A stretch of DNA of 41,177 nt from a virus (IMGVR_UViG_643886067_000001:1-41177); one strand, 5' to 3'. Counted from the stretch's first letter, positions 1 through 9,413 are shown. Notes: generated by a model from the letters alone, not told the origin. Numbers and translations are program-made.

Positions 1-262
1 GCAGCACCTCCGGATCATAATCACGACCATCGCGCGGTACCGGAATGGCCCCCACGGCGTCATTCATCATCGCCTGCAGAACAGGGCGCACCTCATCCAC
101 CGTCACATGCTTCTGTAACAGAGCAGACAGGGAAGCCAGTTTCTCTTCAAACGCCCCCGACTGTGCGGCCATCTTCTCCTCAAATGTGCGCTGTAAATCC
201 GCCAGCACCGTGGCGAATTCTTCACCCAGCGCACGGATAATGGACAGTTCACGCTCTGTCAT
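1..262 (-). CDS. Hypothetical phage structural protein, N-terminal 87 codons only (runs off window)
   Basis: ATG at 262-260 overlaps portal stop (ATGA); GGGGGA upstream; open frame MTERELSIIRALGEEF... continues to position 1. Function not recognised. Confidence 0.4.
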   Translation of the reverse strand, partial: MTERELSIIRALGEEFATVLADLQRTFEEKMAAQSGAFEEKLASLSALLQKHVTVDEVRPVLQAMMNDAVGAIPVPRDGRDYDPEVL

Positions 263-1623
263 TTTCGCAGTATCCCCCTGAACATCGCCTTCACCGCATC
301 ACGCTCTGTTTCGCTTATGGCCTTATTACCGTCAGATGCGCCGTCAGGCAGCTGTGATGAAACTGTTTTCCCGGTCGACGCGAACGGATCCTCACGGGCA
401 TCACGACGGGACAGCGCCTCCAGACTGTAGTTCTGCTGCTGAAGATACAGTGCATCACCGCCGGCCAGAGGCGGCAGGTTCTCCCGTTTACGGGCCTCAT
501 TGGGCGTGAGAAGCGTATTTTTCACCGCATCCCCCAGCGTTTTCATGCGCCGCTCACTGTCCATTCTCAGCAGCGTGGTGACATCAAATTCTGTACTCTC
601 GTTTTCCCCCGTTTCCAGCGCCTCATCCAGTAACAGTTCAATGGACTCAATCAGCGTCTGCAGGCACTGGGAATAATACTGCTGCTCCAGCGCCTCCACG
701 TTGTCACTGGAAGGCGGTTGTCCCACGCCAATCTTGTAGGCCGGGACACGGAACACCGAACAGACAATTTCAGCGGTCATCTTCAGTTGTTCCACCGTCT
801 GCGCATCCACCGGTGAAAACGTCGTGGGGTTGTATTTTGCCCCGTTGCTCAGAATGGCCGTTTTCCCCGCATTTTCGCCTGTATACCCGCTGTCCCAGTT
901 GCTCTTCAGTTTTTTCGCATTTTCTTCCGTAATACTGCCGGGGATCTCAATCACCCCGGACGGCCTGCCGCCATTTCTGAAAAAAGACGTCGAATTTTCC
1001 TGAATATGATGCCCCTGCGTGGCCGCCAGCCCGGCAGCATACACCGGCGGCAGCCCCACAAGCGGATGAAAAAAACAGTTAAACCGGTCGTGGATCACTT
1101 CCCTGGCAGGCACCGTCACCGCCTCAGTGATCCCGCAGTTCCGGTCCGGTGTAATGCGATAGAACACCTCGCCGTCATCCGCCACCAGAGGTTCAACCCG
1201 GCTCCAGTCCAGAATACGCAGTTCTTTGATCTGCCCCCGGGAGTTACGGATTTTCAACACCACCGTATTGCCGTGACGCAGTTTGGCGTTCAGCCACAGT
1301 TCAAAAAACTGGATACGATTCTGCTGTGCATTGGGACGACGACAGAGACGGGCAATATCCCCCTGTCGTTTTTCACGGCGGATCCCCTGTGTATCGGTCT
1401 GCATCAGGCGCAGCCGCATTTTGGCGATATCCTGGGATATCAGCGAAATGCAAGAAAACACCGCGTGAAAGGACAAAACGGTTTCCGGATCGGCTTTCAC
1501 ACCCTGCTGCCAGGCACCGGCAAAAGGCTCAGCCACCGCCTGAAACAGGCTGGTCCAGCCCACCTCTTTTACATCACGTCCTGATTTCTGGTTTTTTCGG
1601 GTTCGCCGCAAAAGGTTCCACAT
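259..1623 (-). CDS. Phage portal protein, HK97 family
   Basis: 454 aa; ATG start with GGAG upstream; sequence pattern typical of HK97-family portals (recalled, no search). Confidence 0.8.
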   Translation of the reverse strand: MWNLLRRTRKNQKSGRDVKEVGWTSLFQAVAEPFAGAWQQGVKADPETVLSFHAVFSCISLISQDIAKMRLRLMQTDTQGIRREKRQGDIARLCRRPNAQQNRIQFFELWLNAKLRHGNTVVLKIRNSRGQIKELRILDWSRVEPLVADDGEVFYRITPDRNCGITEAVTVPAREVIHDRFNCFFHPLVGLPPVYAAGLAATQGHHIQENSTSFFRNGGRPSGVIEIPGSITEENAKKLKSNWDSGYTGENAGKTAILSNGAKYNPTTFSPVDAQTVEQLKMTAEIVCSVFRVPAYKIGVGQPPSSDNVEALEQQYYSQCLQTLIESIELLLDEALETGENESTEFDVTTLLRMDSERRMKTLGDAVKNTLLTPNEARKRENLPPLAGGDALYLQQQNYSLEALSRRDAREDPFASTGKTVSSQLPDGASDGNKAISETERDAVKAMFRGILRK

Positions 1624-1834
1624 TCGCCATGCTCCGCATCACGTTTCTTTTTCTGACCTGCCGGACGTCGCACTGTGATGTACTCCGCCTTCCCCAGGCG
1701 AACCAGCACCTCCGCACACGGCTGTGCCACATCACGGATATCCCCGGCCCGGGCATCATGCGTGCCCTGCAGATACTGGATTTTTGCCATCAGTTACTGC
1801 GGGAAGCTCGCGCCTCCCGCCCTCCTCATCAGAC

Positions 1835-3772
1835 TCAGCCGCCGGACGCAGTTCCGTAGTTCACACCGGTGATCACCGCCACTGCCGCGGTACGGCGACG
1901 ACGCCAGTTGATCCAGCGCTCCGCACGGATGGCCACGCTGCCGGTCTGGAACATGGAGACCAGCTCCACCGGTGACGGTGTGCTGCTGTCGCTGGTCGGT
2001 TCAGACTGCATCTCCAGTGACGCTTCACGGGACATATCCACCGCCACACCGCCGTCATCAGCCAGATAAATATCCGGCGCATTCACCAGCACCAGCTGGT
2101 CACCCACGTACTGGGAGACAATCACCGGCAGGCCCTGGAAGGTGCCGCCAAGCAGGGTCATGTCCGGATATTCCTTCTGACCCAGCGCATTTTTACGCAT
2201 GGACAGCGCCAGGGCATTTGTGCTGGACATCAGCCAGACCGCACCGGTGGGCTGCAGGTTTGCTGCCACAAACTGACCAAACGCGGCTTCCGCATCCGTA
2301 TCCGGGTTACCGGTTGATGCCGTGCCCTTCACATCATGGGTGATGGACGCAGGGGAAACATCGGCCACCGCCGCTTTTTTCGGGTCCACAAAGTCTGTGT
2401 CCAGACGCGCCACCACCGCTTCCGCCAGTGCATTACGGACCAGCGCATCGGCGGCAGGACTGGAAAAACGGATCAGCTCTTCCGTCAGTACCGCAATAGC
2501 CGCCACCTTCGCATGACTGAAGGTGATGGATTCAAAATCAAACTTCGTCAGGGGTCTGGCCTTACCCTGCCCCACCCAGCCGGCAGCACCACCGGACACC
2601 TGGGCATGCACGCGAATATTGAACGGCACCTGACGAAGTGCCGGGATCCCGCCATGACCAAATCGCCCGATAATGGTCTGCGGACGCAGATAATCAATAA
2701 AGTCCTGCGCATATTCCTGATATTCAGACAGGCTGCCTGCCCACTGTGGGTCCGTGGTGGTCCCTGCCCCCACCGCCGACTTCAGGACATGATGCAGACG
2801 GCTGTCATCCGGATACTGACGACGGGCCACTTCCAGGGCTTCAGAGCGGACACCTTTAGCCGCGGCCAGTGATTTGGCAAAGCGGGCGAAACCAATCCCC
2901 TTCTCCAGTTTCTGCTCAACACGGATCACCGGCGCTGAAGCCACCGTGGCCACATTCCCGTTACCGGCCTGTTTCACCGGCTGTGCCGTGGCGGCCTTAC
3001 TGGTTTCCAGTTCACGCAGACGCTTCAGGTGCGCATCCACCTGACGGATTTCCGCTGCGGTGTTGTCGTAGTGCTCTTCCTCTTCCACATCCAGTGTGCG
3101 GCCTTCCTCTGCGGCTTTGGTCATGACCTCCTCAAGGGAGGCTGCCAGCGCCGCACGCTTGTTTTCAAAACTTTTAATCTGTTCACCAGTATTCATTGCT
3201 GACTTTTCCTTATGAAAAGAGGTTATTGACTGTGCCGAAGCGCCGGCAGAAGATGCGATTTTCACCACCGGTTTCCGGTTGCCGGACGCGGCAGAAAACG
3301 GGCGGTCGAAAGATTTAATGGTCTGGATGGTGCATTCCGCATTCGCGGGCACGGTGACGGCAGACACCTCCATCAGCTCCCAGCGCAGAAAATGCAGTCC
3401 GCCTCCGTCCAGATAAGTGTATTCATGGGGCCGGAAGCCCACAGAAAGCCCCCTGACCAGCCCGGTCTTAATGGCAGCCCATGCCTCATCCAGCCGGGCA
3501 GCCAGTTGCGACGGCATATCCGGTACGGGCTTCACCAGTGTTGCCGTGATTTCCAGCCCTTCCCTGATCCGACGCACCGTACACTGGCCTACAGGGCGGG
3601 AATGGTCATGCTGCCAGAGAAACGGGATCGTACTGCCAAACTCCGCCCCCTCCGGCTCCAGGATGTCACCATCCCGATCCGGAGAAGGCGTTGACGCAAT
3701 CCCGGTGATCACCCGTTCATCCTCACTGAAGGATTTCACCGTCAGCAGGGAACAGGCCCGTTTAAGAGTCAC
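1835..3772 (-). CDS. Prohead protease - scaffold-like linker - major capsid protein fusion (HK97 fold)
   Basis: N-terminal S78/U35-type prohead protease region, central charged coiled-coil segment, C-terminal HK97-type capsid region. Start placed at GTG 3772 (AGGAGG 5 nt upstream); the track ORF extends in-frame to 3856 across a terminator hairpin. Confidence 0.8.
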   Translation of the reverse strand: MTLKRACSLLTVKSFSEDERVITGIASTPSPDRDGDILEPEGAEFGSTIPFLWQHDHSRPVGQCTVRRIREGLEITATLVKPVPDMPSQLAARLDEAWAAIKTGLVRGLSVGFRPHEYTYLDGGGLHFLRWELMEVSAVTVPANAECTIQTIKSFDRPFSAASGNRKPVVKIASSAGASAQSITSFHKEKSAMNTGEQIKSFENKRAALAASLEEVMTKAAEEGRTLDVEEEEHYDNTAAEIRQVDAHLKRLRELETSKAATAQPVKQAGNGNVATVASAPVIRVEQKLEKGIGFARFAKSLAAAKGVRSEALEVARRQYPDDSRLHHVLKSAVGAGTTTDPQWAGSLSEYQEYAQDFIDYLRPQTIIGRFGHGGIPALRQVPFNIRVHAQVSGGAAGWVGQGKARPLTKFDFESITFSHAKVAAIAVLTEELIRFSSPAADALVRNALAEAVVARLDTDFVDPKKAAVADVSPASITHDVKGTASTGNPDTDAEAAFGQFVAANLQPTGAVWLMSSTNALALSMRKNALGQKEYPDMTLLGGTFQGLPVIVSQYVGDQLVLVNAPDIYLADDGGVAVDMSREASLEMQSEPTSDSSTPSPVELVSMFQTGSVAIRAERWINWRRRRTAAVAVITGVNYGTASGG

Positions 3773-3782
3773 ATCAGCCTCC

Positions 3783-3811
3783 TGAAAATAAAAAAAACCG
3801 CCGCAGCGGTT
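3783..3811 (-). terminator. Intrinsic terminator-like hairpin between terminase large subunit and capsid gene
   Basis: Minus strand AACCGC-tgcg-GCGGTT followed by TTTTTTTTATTTT. Confidence 0.5.
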
Positions 3812-3836
3812 CATGATGGTTACAGGGTGAGCAGGG

Positions 3837-5498
3837 TTATATGAAAAAAACCTCATACGCTTTCTTTTTCGGTTCCGGATTCAGGGACATCAGGGACACC
3901 GCATTGAAGAGCGCCATCAGCGGGTCAATTTTTCCCCGTCCGCTGGCCTGTTTGGTAATAAGGATGGCGTTACCTTTAGGCTCCACCCGGGCATTGCCGA
4001 CACACCAGGCCATCAGGGGCTGGCCACCATGCACCAGTACCCCTTCAGCCAGTTTGCGCTCGGTGGTTTTGATGGCCCCGCCCAGCTTCCAGCCCTGGCT
4101 TATCCCCACCACAATTCCGTCGGGGATCCCGGCTTCCGCCAGTGAATCCAGAATCTGCCCCACCCCTGACGGGTCAATACCGATATGGTCCAGTAACTCA
4201 GCCTCATGAATGCGACGCACATATTCCGCCACTTCCGCCGTGTCATCCCCGACACGCCGGACAATGGTCATATCTCCACAGGCAACAAGATCCTGAAACC
4301 GGGACGCCTCGCTCTTCCGTCGGACCACCGCGGTTTCATGCGCCCAGGCATGGCCCCAGCCCAGCCATTCGCGGGTCTCCCGGTCACGCCCAATCACATA
4401 CATCCCCAGCAGATCATCCAGCCCTCCGCCGTCAATCCCCACCGTCACCACATCAGCACGACGCAGGATATCGTCCAGGCTGATACAACGGCCCTGCTCT
4501 TCCCAGAAATCAGCCCCCGCCCAGCGGTCAGAGCGCAGGGCAAGACCAATTTCCACATTGGCGTGTTTTGACATGAACCCCCGGAATGTCTCTTCACCGG
4601 CTTCCCGGGCTTTACGGTACTCCCGGTACAGAAAGGCCTCATCCACTGAATAGCCGAGATTCGGATTGACCATGGCGAGGTTTTCCATCAGCAGGTGAGC
4701 CCCGCTTTCCACCATTTCAGGAGGGTGTTCAAATATCACCGGCAGAAAGTGCGGATCATGAATTTTGCCGTCGCGCACATCCCGGGCGTACTGCAGTTTC
4801 TGTCTGAACACCCCGGCAGGCGGTTCATTCGACTGGGTGGTCGTATACACCACAAACCCTTCCGGGCGGGAGGCAAGGCCGCCTATGGCTTCACGTAACA
4901 TGTCCTCCGCCTTGCACTGCTTGCCAAACAGCCACAACTCATCAATCAGCGTACCCACGGACTTGATACCGGACACCGTATTCGGATCGGCAGCCACCAC
5001 CTTCAGGGTGGTGTCTGTCACCCTGTGGGTGATGGTCCGGATATGGGTCTGTACCTGGCAGAGGTCATCCAGATCATCGTCACGTCGTACCATATCCCGG
5101 GCAGGGTTGAAGGCGTTGGCCGCCACCTCCACAGTCGGGGCCAGAATCGTGTAACCCGCCGCCTGCCGCCAGTTCAGTAACAGTGCAGTCATCATGATCC
5201 CCGCGGCCAGCGTGGACTTCGAGTTTTTCTTGGGGATAAGGATAAAAACTTCCTTGATATGGCGTACACCGGTCTGCGCATCGTAGGAGCCAAACAGGGC
5301 CGCCACCAGGTCAAACACCCACGGTGCACAGGACTCCCCGAACGTCGGGCTACCAGGTGCATCCACAATCCGCAGTTGTTTAAAAATCGCCAGGGCATGT
5401 GCGGCCTCGTCCGGATAAATCGGATCCGGAATAATCGACAGCCCCTTTTTCAGGCGCTCTGCCCAGTCCGGGCAGGCTGTGCTCCATACAGGTATCAT
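3837..5498 (-). CDS. Terminase large subunit
   Basis: 553 aa; N-terminal ATPase-like region and C-terminal RNaseH-like nuclease region (VGIDGGGLDD...); ATGA overlap with upstream small subunit. Confidence 0.85.
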   Translation of the reverse strand: MIPVWSTACPDWAERLKKGLSIIPDPIYPDEAAHALAIFKQLRIVDAPGSPTFGESCAPWVFDLVAALFGSYDAQTGVRHIKEVFILIPKKNSKSTLAAGIMMTALLLNWRQAAGYTILAPTVEVAANAFNPARDMVRRDDDLDDLCQVQTHIRTITHRVTDTTLKVVAADPNTVSGIKSVGTLIDELWLFGKQCKAEDMLREAIGGLASRPEGFVVYTTTQSNEPPAGVFRQKLQYARDVRDGKIHDPHFLPVIFEHPPEMVESGAHLLMENLAMVNPNLGYSVDEAFLYREYRKAREAGEETFRGFMSKHANVEIGLALRSDRWAGADFWEEQGRCISLDDILRRADVVTVGIDGGGLDDLLGMYVIGRDRETREWLGWGHAWAHETAVVRRKSEASRFQDLVACGDMTIVRRVGDDTAEVAEYVRRIHEAELLDHIGIDPSGVGQILDSLAEAGIPDGIVVGISQGWKLGGAIKTTERKLAEGVLVHGGQPLMAWCVGNARVEPKGNAILITKQASGRGKIDPLMALFNAVSLMSLNPEPKKKAYEVFFI

Positions 5499-6058
5499 CC
5501 GTTGCCCTCATTATCGTTATTCACCACCAGTCGGGGTGGCGGTGGCACCGCAAAACGGTTAGCCGCTTTTTTCGCGGCATCACCTTTTGCCGATTTTTTC
5601 CCGGTATCCCCTTTTTTATGGTGCGTGAACTGCGCCAGACGCCAGGCCGCATCCAGTGCCAGTTTCGGATCAATGCAGAGGTTTTCCACCAGGATCCGCC
5701 CCATGGCTTTCACCGGATCGGGAAGACCATCCTCCATATATTCAATACCAGGAGACATCACCGCGGACGGTGGCATCTCCGGATTATTTTCGTCCGGCTG
5801 AGGTATTGCAGCCGCCTCACGGCGACGGGGTTTATCCTCCTGCTCTGATTTTTTCTGCCGGTAAACAGGAACCTCATCCACCTCCACCGTCTCGCATTGT
5901 TTACGGGCTATAAACGCAAGCACCTCCGGATCTTTTGCCAGCTGCGAGCCTTTAACCCTGGCGGTCTTCGCCGAATAACCGGCGGCAATGGCTGACGCTG
6001 TTTTGTTTTTCCCGGACATGAGCGCCAGCGCAAATTTTCGTTTTTGCGTTGTCAGCAC
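5495..6058 (-). CDS. Terminase small subunit (start uncertain)
   Basis: Conserved LT.KQ.KF...AIAAGYSAKTA motif typical of phage small terminases. Track start 6133 is TTG; GTG at 6058 has GGGAGG 5 nt upstream; first in-frame ATG is at 6019. Confidence 0.65.
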   Translation of the reverse strand: MLTTQKRKFALALMSGKNKTASAIAAGYSAKTARVKGSQLAKDPEVLAFIARKQCETVEVDEVPVYRQKKSEQEDKPRRREAAAIPQPDENNPEMPPSAVMSPGIEYMEDGLPDPVKAMGRILVENLCIDPKLALDAAWRLAQFTHHKKGDTGKKSAKGDAAKKAANRFAVPPPPRLVVNNDNEGNG

Positions 6059-6133
6059 AGCCTCCTCCCGGGTCCAGAACGCACTCAGCCGGGTATGGTT
6101 CAGCCCATTTTTCCCCGGCGTCTCATGCCGCAA

Positions 6134-6255
6134 ATGTTAACTGCTGCCTGGTTAACATTTGCTGAAAAAGCCTGTTAACATTTTTTCCGCACAACAAACT
6201 GAATAATAAAGATAAAAACCGCAAAAATGCCCGGGCAGCCAGTTAACATGTTAAC
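6134..6255. repeat. Cluster of five GTTAACAT / ATGTTAAC octamers between HNH and terminase genes (candidate cos/terminase recognition sites)
   Basis: Copies at 6134-41, 6151-58, 6174-81, 6242-49 and 6248-55, in both orientations, in the non-coding gap upstream of the small terminase start. Confidence 0.5.
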
Positions 6256-6349
6256 TGCCCTGAAACGGGAATTTTTTCTCTGCGTGAGAGGGGGCGCGGT
6301 GTCCAAAGCGATCGTTTTTTACGCCGGATGATACCCCCCCCGGGTCGGG

Positions 6350-6715
6350 TTACAGTCCGATGATGTCGTCCGCTCTGTCACTACCTCCGGACACCTCCGG
6401 CAGCGTCGGGTCCGGCATACCACCCGCCGCTTCACGAGCAGACTTTTGTCGATGGCATTCGGTACAGAGCGTCCAGAGATTCGTCTCCTCATTACCACCA
6501 CCGAACTGAAGTGCAATTCGGTGATCGAGTTCACTGTCACAGAGGTCAACCACACGACCACAGATACAGCACTGCCCGGCGTCCCTCAGCCAGATATGAC
6601 GCTTGAGGGAAACACGTGCACTGCCACTGACACGACGCTGTTCCCCCTTCAGAATATTCACCCGTCGGGTATTCAGTGTTTTGATTCTGCTCTGGAGTGT
6701 ACGAAGCTCAGCCAT
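6350..6715 (-). CDS. HNH endonuclease (terminase-associated)
   Basis: 121 aa with CxxC...H...CxxCH HNH motif (CCICGRVVD...HRIALQFGG...CTECHRQK); ATG with GGGGA upstream; sits directly upstream of terminase as in cos-type HK97-like phages. Confidence 0.85.
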   Translation of the reverse strand: MAELRTLQSRIKTLNTRRVNILKGEQRRVSGSARVSLKRHIWLRDAGQCCICGRVVDLCDSELDHRIALQFGGGNEETNLWTLCTECHRQKSAREAAGGMPDPTLPEVSGGSDRADDIIGL

Positions 6716-6756
6716 GTAAAATCCCCGTCATATGGCAATCAGTAAAGGAAATAAAT

Positions 6757-6957
6757 ATGTCATCGAAAAACCGGACCCGCAGAACCACAACCCGCAATAT
6801 CCGTTTCCCCAATCACATAATTGAACAAATCAACATAGCCCTTGAGCATAAAGGGTCCGGTAACTTTTCAGCGTGGGTTATTGAAGCCTGCAGGAGAAGG
6901 CTGGCAACAGATGCAACGCATCTGCGCCCGACCAGCATGACAAATAACGAGAAATGA
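6757..6957 (+). CDS. Small DUF3950/YlcI-like protein
   Basis: 66 aa MSSKNRTRRTTTRNIRFPNHIIEQINIALEHKGSGNFSAWVIEACRRRL; AAGGAA 6 nt upstream; resembles DLP12 YlcI (from memory). Confidence 0.55.
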   Translation: MSSKNRTRRTTTRNIRFPNHIIEQINIALEHKGSGNFSAWVIEACRRRLATDATHLRPTSMTNNEK

Positions 6958-7155
6958 ACGTTCGGTTTCTTCCACCATCGCACCGGACAGGCGACTATGA
7001 GGGGACAACGCCGCGCTCCGTTAACGCGGTAAACCCCGGTGTGTATCGTTTTTGATTATCCCCGCACACTCGCGCAGAGGAGTCTCCCTGTCGGGCTGCG
7101 GTCTCTGTTAATGCAGGAATACGGCGACAATACCGCGCATGGATAATAAGGTCGC

Positions 7156-7380
7156 TCAACACACTGGCTGTAATGCAGCGGATACCATGCGGCATTTAGC
7201 GGCATTCATCGTACACTCCACGGTTAGCTCTTCATTCGTGGCATTCACCTGAAAGGTCCGGGAGTGTAATTGCGTACATTTACCACTGAACGAACCTTCA
7301 ACAAGAACACGACCACGCTGCAAAATACGGAACGGAATTGTTCCCTGAAAAGGTTCTACGGTTACCCGTAATTTCTTCAT
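7156..7380 (-). CDS. Hypothetical protein
   Basis: 74 aa; ATG overlaps Rz stop (ATGA coupling). Confidence 0.35.
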   Translation of the reverse strand: MKKLRVTVEPFQGTIPFRILQRGRVLVEGSFSGKCTQLHSRTFQVNATNEELTVECTMNAAKCRMVSAALQPVC

Positions 7381-7871
7381 GTATCCTCCGGATAATAAAA
7401 AGCCAGCTTAGTGCACTGAGTGCGGATATATTCCTGCGCCCCTTCCAGCTGCTTCTGCATTGTCATCAGCCGTTCTCTGAGGATGAAATAATCCCGTTCA
7501 GCGGTGTCTGCCAGTTGGGGGCCGGTTGCATTATCCACGCGGGCGGTGCCGGTGGCTTCACGCACGGGACCTGGACAGGTGGCGTTGATACGCAGGCGCT
7601 TACGACCAGCGGCAACGTCAGCGCGAAGAGTTTCATTTTCAGCTCTCGCATCGGCTAATTCCCTCGAGTATTTTGCATCGAGCGCAGCAACATCACGCTG
7701 ACGCATCTGCATGTCAGTAATTGCCGCGTTCGCCAGCTTCAGTTCTCTGACATTTTTGTCGCGCTGGGCTTTGTAGGTTATGGCGTTATCACGGTAATGA
7801 TTCAGCCCCAGACTAAGCGCACCACAGGCCACCAGCAGGGCAATGATGACCACGCACAGTACGCGGTTCAT
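7377..7871 (-). CDS. Rz: Spanin inner-membrane subunit Rz
   Basis: 164 aa; N-terminal transmembrane helix then coiled coil; contains embedded Rz1 frame. Confidence 0.85.
   Translation of the reverse strand: MNRVLCVVIIALLVACGALSLGLNHYRDNAITYKAQRDKNVRELKLANAAITDMQMRQRDVAALDAKYSRELADARAENETLRADVAAGRKRLRINATCPGPVREATGTARVDNATGPQLADTAERDYFILRERLMTMQKQLEGAQEYIRTQCTKLAFYYPEDT
7466..7651 (-). CDS. Rz1: Spanin outer-membrane lipoprotein Rz1 (embedded in Rz, +1 frame)
   Basis: 61 aa; lipobox LVVSAC; proline-rich [23 protein letters not shown] closely resembles lambda Rz1. Confidence 0.8.
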   Translation of the reverse strand: MRELKMKLFALTLPLVVSACVSTPPVQVPCVKPPAPPAWIMQPAPNWQTPLNGIISSSENG

Positions 7872-7872
7872 T

Positions 7873-7971
7873 TCACCACCAGCGTATCTGACCGATGAAA
7901 TAACCGGAGGCCATAATCACAAACACCAGCCAGATAAGAATGAACTTCCAGGTGGATAATTTTTCAGCCAT
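7873..7971 (-). CDS. Putative 32-aa transmembrane peptide upstream of Rz
   Basis: [32 protein letters not shown]; GGGAGA 8 nt upstream of ATG; stop TGA 1 nt before Rz ATG. Not in ORF track (under 60 aa). Confidence 0.25.
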   Translation of the reverse strand: MAEKLSTWKFILIWLVFVIMASGYFIGQIRWW

Positions 7972-8049
7972 CACTCGAATCTCCCGAATCAGTTTGCTAA
8001 AATCAAACACACTTTCTCCTTTGACTTTTCCAGAGTCAGGAAACACAAA

Positions 8050-8080
8050 ACCCCGCTTGCAGCCAACAAACGGGGTTTTT
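8050..8080. terminator. Bidirectional hairpin between endolysin and Rz block
   Basis: CCCCG-cttgcagccaacaaa-CGGGG flanked by A-run and T-run. Confidence 0.4.
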
Positions 8081-8169
8081 ACTTTTATTCACTTAGTTTT
8101 TGTCAGTTCGCAGGATTTCGTGTTATCCGTCCGTGTGAGCAAACCGCATTTTTCAGCAAAATATTCTGC

Positions 8170-8703
8170 TTATCTGTCAATTCCCCAGCACGCCAGCGCA
8201 CTCTCCTGGTCGCGACGGGATACCTGACCGTAACAGTTGTTTGAACGAATACGGCAGTCTCTGCCACCGTCCTTAATCCACCAGCGAATCGCTTCGCAGG
8301 CACCTTTTCGATCACCTGCATTAATTCGTCTGTAAAACGTCGACGGGAAACACTTACCGGGACCAATGTTGTACGGACAGAATGACGCGATCCCCGCTTT
8401 CTGGGGTTCGGTCAGTGGCACTCTGATGTTTTTCTCCACCCATGCCAGCGCCTTATCACGCTCAATGGCGTTAACCCGGTCGCATTTTGCCTTCGACAAC
8501 TTCATGCCTGGAACAACAGGTTTACCATCCACCATGATGGCACCACGGCAGATGGTCCAGATCCCCGCACCATCACGGTATGCCGTGGTGTGGTTACCTT
8601 CCTTTTCATCCAGAAACTGGTCGAGAATGTCAGGCGCAGGCGCACCAGCGGCAATCAGCGCCAGAACGGCAGCCGACAGGCCGTATCTGATTTTTGCGTT
8701 CAT
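8170..8703 (-). CDS. R: SAR endolysin (phage lysozyme, T4-lysozyme-like family)
   Basis: 177 aa; N-terminal signal-anchor-release segment LSAAVLALIAAGAPAP and lysozyme core; near-identical in pattern to the R endolysin of 933W-type phages (from memory). Confidence 0.9.
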   Translation of the reverse strand: MNAKIRYGLSAAVLALIAAGAPAPDILDQFLDEKEGNHTTAYRDGAGIWTICRGAIMVDGKPVVPGMKLSKAKCDRVNAIERDKALAWVEKNIRVPLTEPQKAGIASFCPYNIGPGKCFPSTFYRRINAGDRKGACEAIRWWIKDGGRDCRIRSNNCYGQVSRRDQESALACWGIDR

Positions 8704-8766
8704 GGATATTTATCAGGATTTATCGGTTTCTGCCCACGGACAGGTTTATCTGTTCCGGTCAGTGAA

Positions 8767-9117
8767 TTAAGGTTGTGATTCCGGTGGAGTCTTCAGAGAA
8801 CCAGTAATTCTTCCCGGTAGATTTCCTTTGTAGGTTATCCATACATTCTGCGCCTCTAAAATCACGGGGCGCTTTTCCGGCAACGGTTCGTTCCCTTCAC
8901 ATAACCCGGCAGCAACATCCATGAAAAACTGCTTCGCCTGCTTTTTCGCCTCAGCTTCGTAAAGCTCCAGCGTGGCACCTTCAGTACGGTCAAGACTAAT
9001 CGCCACATCTGGCAACAACAGTGACGGATACCCACCAACTTCCAGTGCCACAGTAACAGTAATCTTATCCGGGTAATTATTTATCCCTTTAACAACCAGT
9101 TCGTATTTTTTCTTCAT
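8767..9117 (-). CDS. Hypothetical protein inserted between holin and endolysin
   Basis: 116 aa; ATG with GGAGAG upstream; starts 4 nt after holin stop; no family recognised. Confidence 0.5.
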   Translation of the reverse strand: MKKKYELVVKGINNYPDKITVTVALEVGGYPSLLLPDVAISLDRTEGATLELYEAEAKKQAKQFFMDVAAGLCEGNEPLPEKRPVILEAQNVWITYKGNLPGRITGSLKTPPESQP

Positions 9118-9121
9118 CGCT

Positions 9122-9337
9122 TTACTCTCCCCGCGCCGCCTTACGCCGGTCCTCTCTGATTTTGAAATACAGGTTAGTCAGATATGTCAGCAGCCCAAAC
9201 AGCAGACTCCCCAGCACGCCTATTGCCGCCCACTGAGACGGGGAAACCCTGTCCAGCAACTGCAGGAACCAGTAGCCCGTTCCCACCGCTGACGTGGTGT
9301 ATGACACACCTGTTGTGATTTTTTCCATCTGGTACAT
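9122..9337 (-). CDS. S: Holin (S of 933W / EssD-like) with dual-start motif
   Basis: [28 protein letters not shown]...[13 protein letters not shown]; two in-frame ATGs (Met1, Met4) and GGGAGA upstream; track ORF extends further upstream to 9391. Confidence 0.85.
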   Translation of the reverse strand: MYQMEKITTGVSYTTSAVGTGYWFLQLLDRVSPSQWAAIGVLGSLLFGLLTYLTNLYFKIREDRRKAARGE

Positions 9338-9413
9338 ACCCCGTCTCCCGTTATCCGGAAGCTCACAACAATATAAAGACCACCGGCACACACCGATGGT
9401 CCCTTGCGCAGGC

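Noticed and set aside
1006-1584. 192-aa plus-strand ORF (and similar plus-strand ORFs at 1326-1859, 1972-2343, 2336-2872, 4142-4483, 4206-4571, 5259-5801)
   Set aside because: Antisense shadow ORFs inside the portal, capsid and terminase genes; compositionally biased (Arg/Pro/His-rich) with no ribosome-binding sites.
1569-1790. 73-aa minus-strand ORF between capsid and portal genes
   Set aside because: Overlaps the well-supported portal start by 55 nt and has a weak ribosome-binding site; left unresolved as a possible small head gene.
5495-6133. ORF-track start positions at 6133, 25198, 26714, 27470 and 17882
   Set aside because: These first codons are TTG or GTG, not ATG; starts were moved to the nearest in-frame ATG/GTG with a Shine-Dalgarno where one exists (6058, 25180, 26708, 27464); 17882 was left as uncertain.
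6995-7195. 66-aa minus-strand ORF
   Set aside because: Overlaps the 3' end of the 74-aa gene in another frame; Arg/Cys-rich and without a ribosome-binding site.
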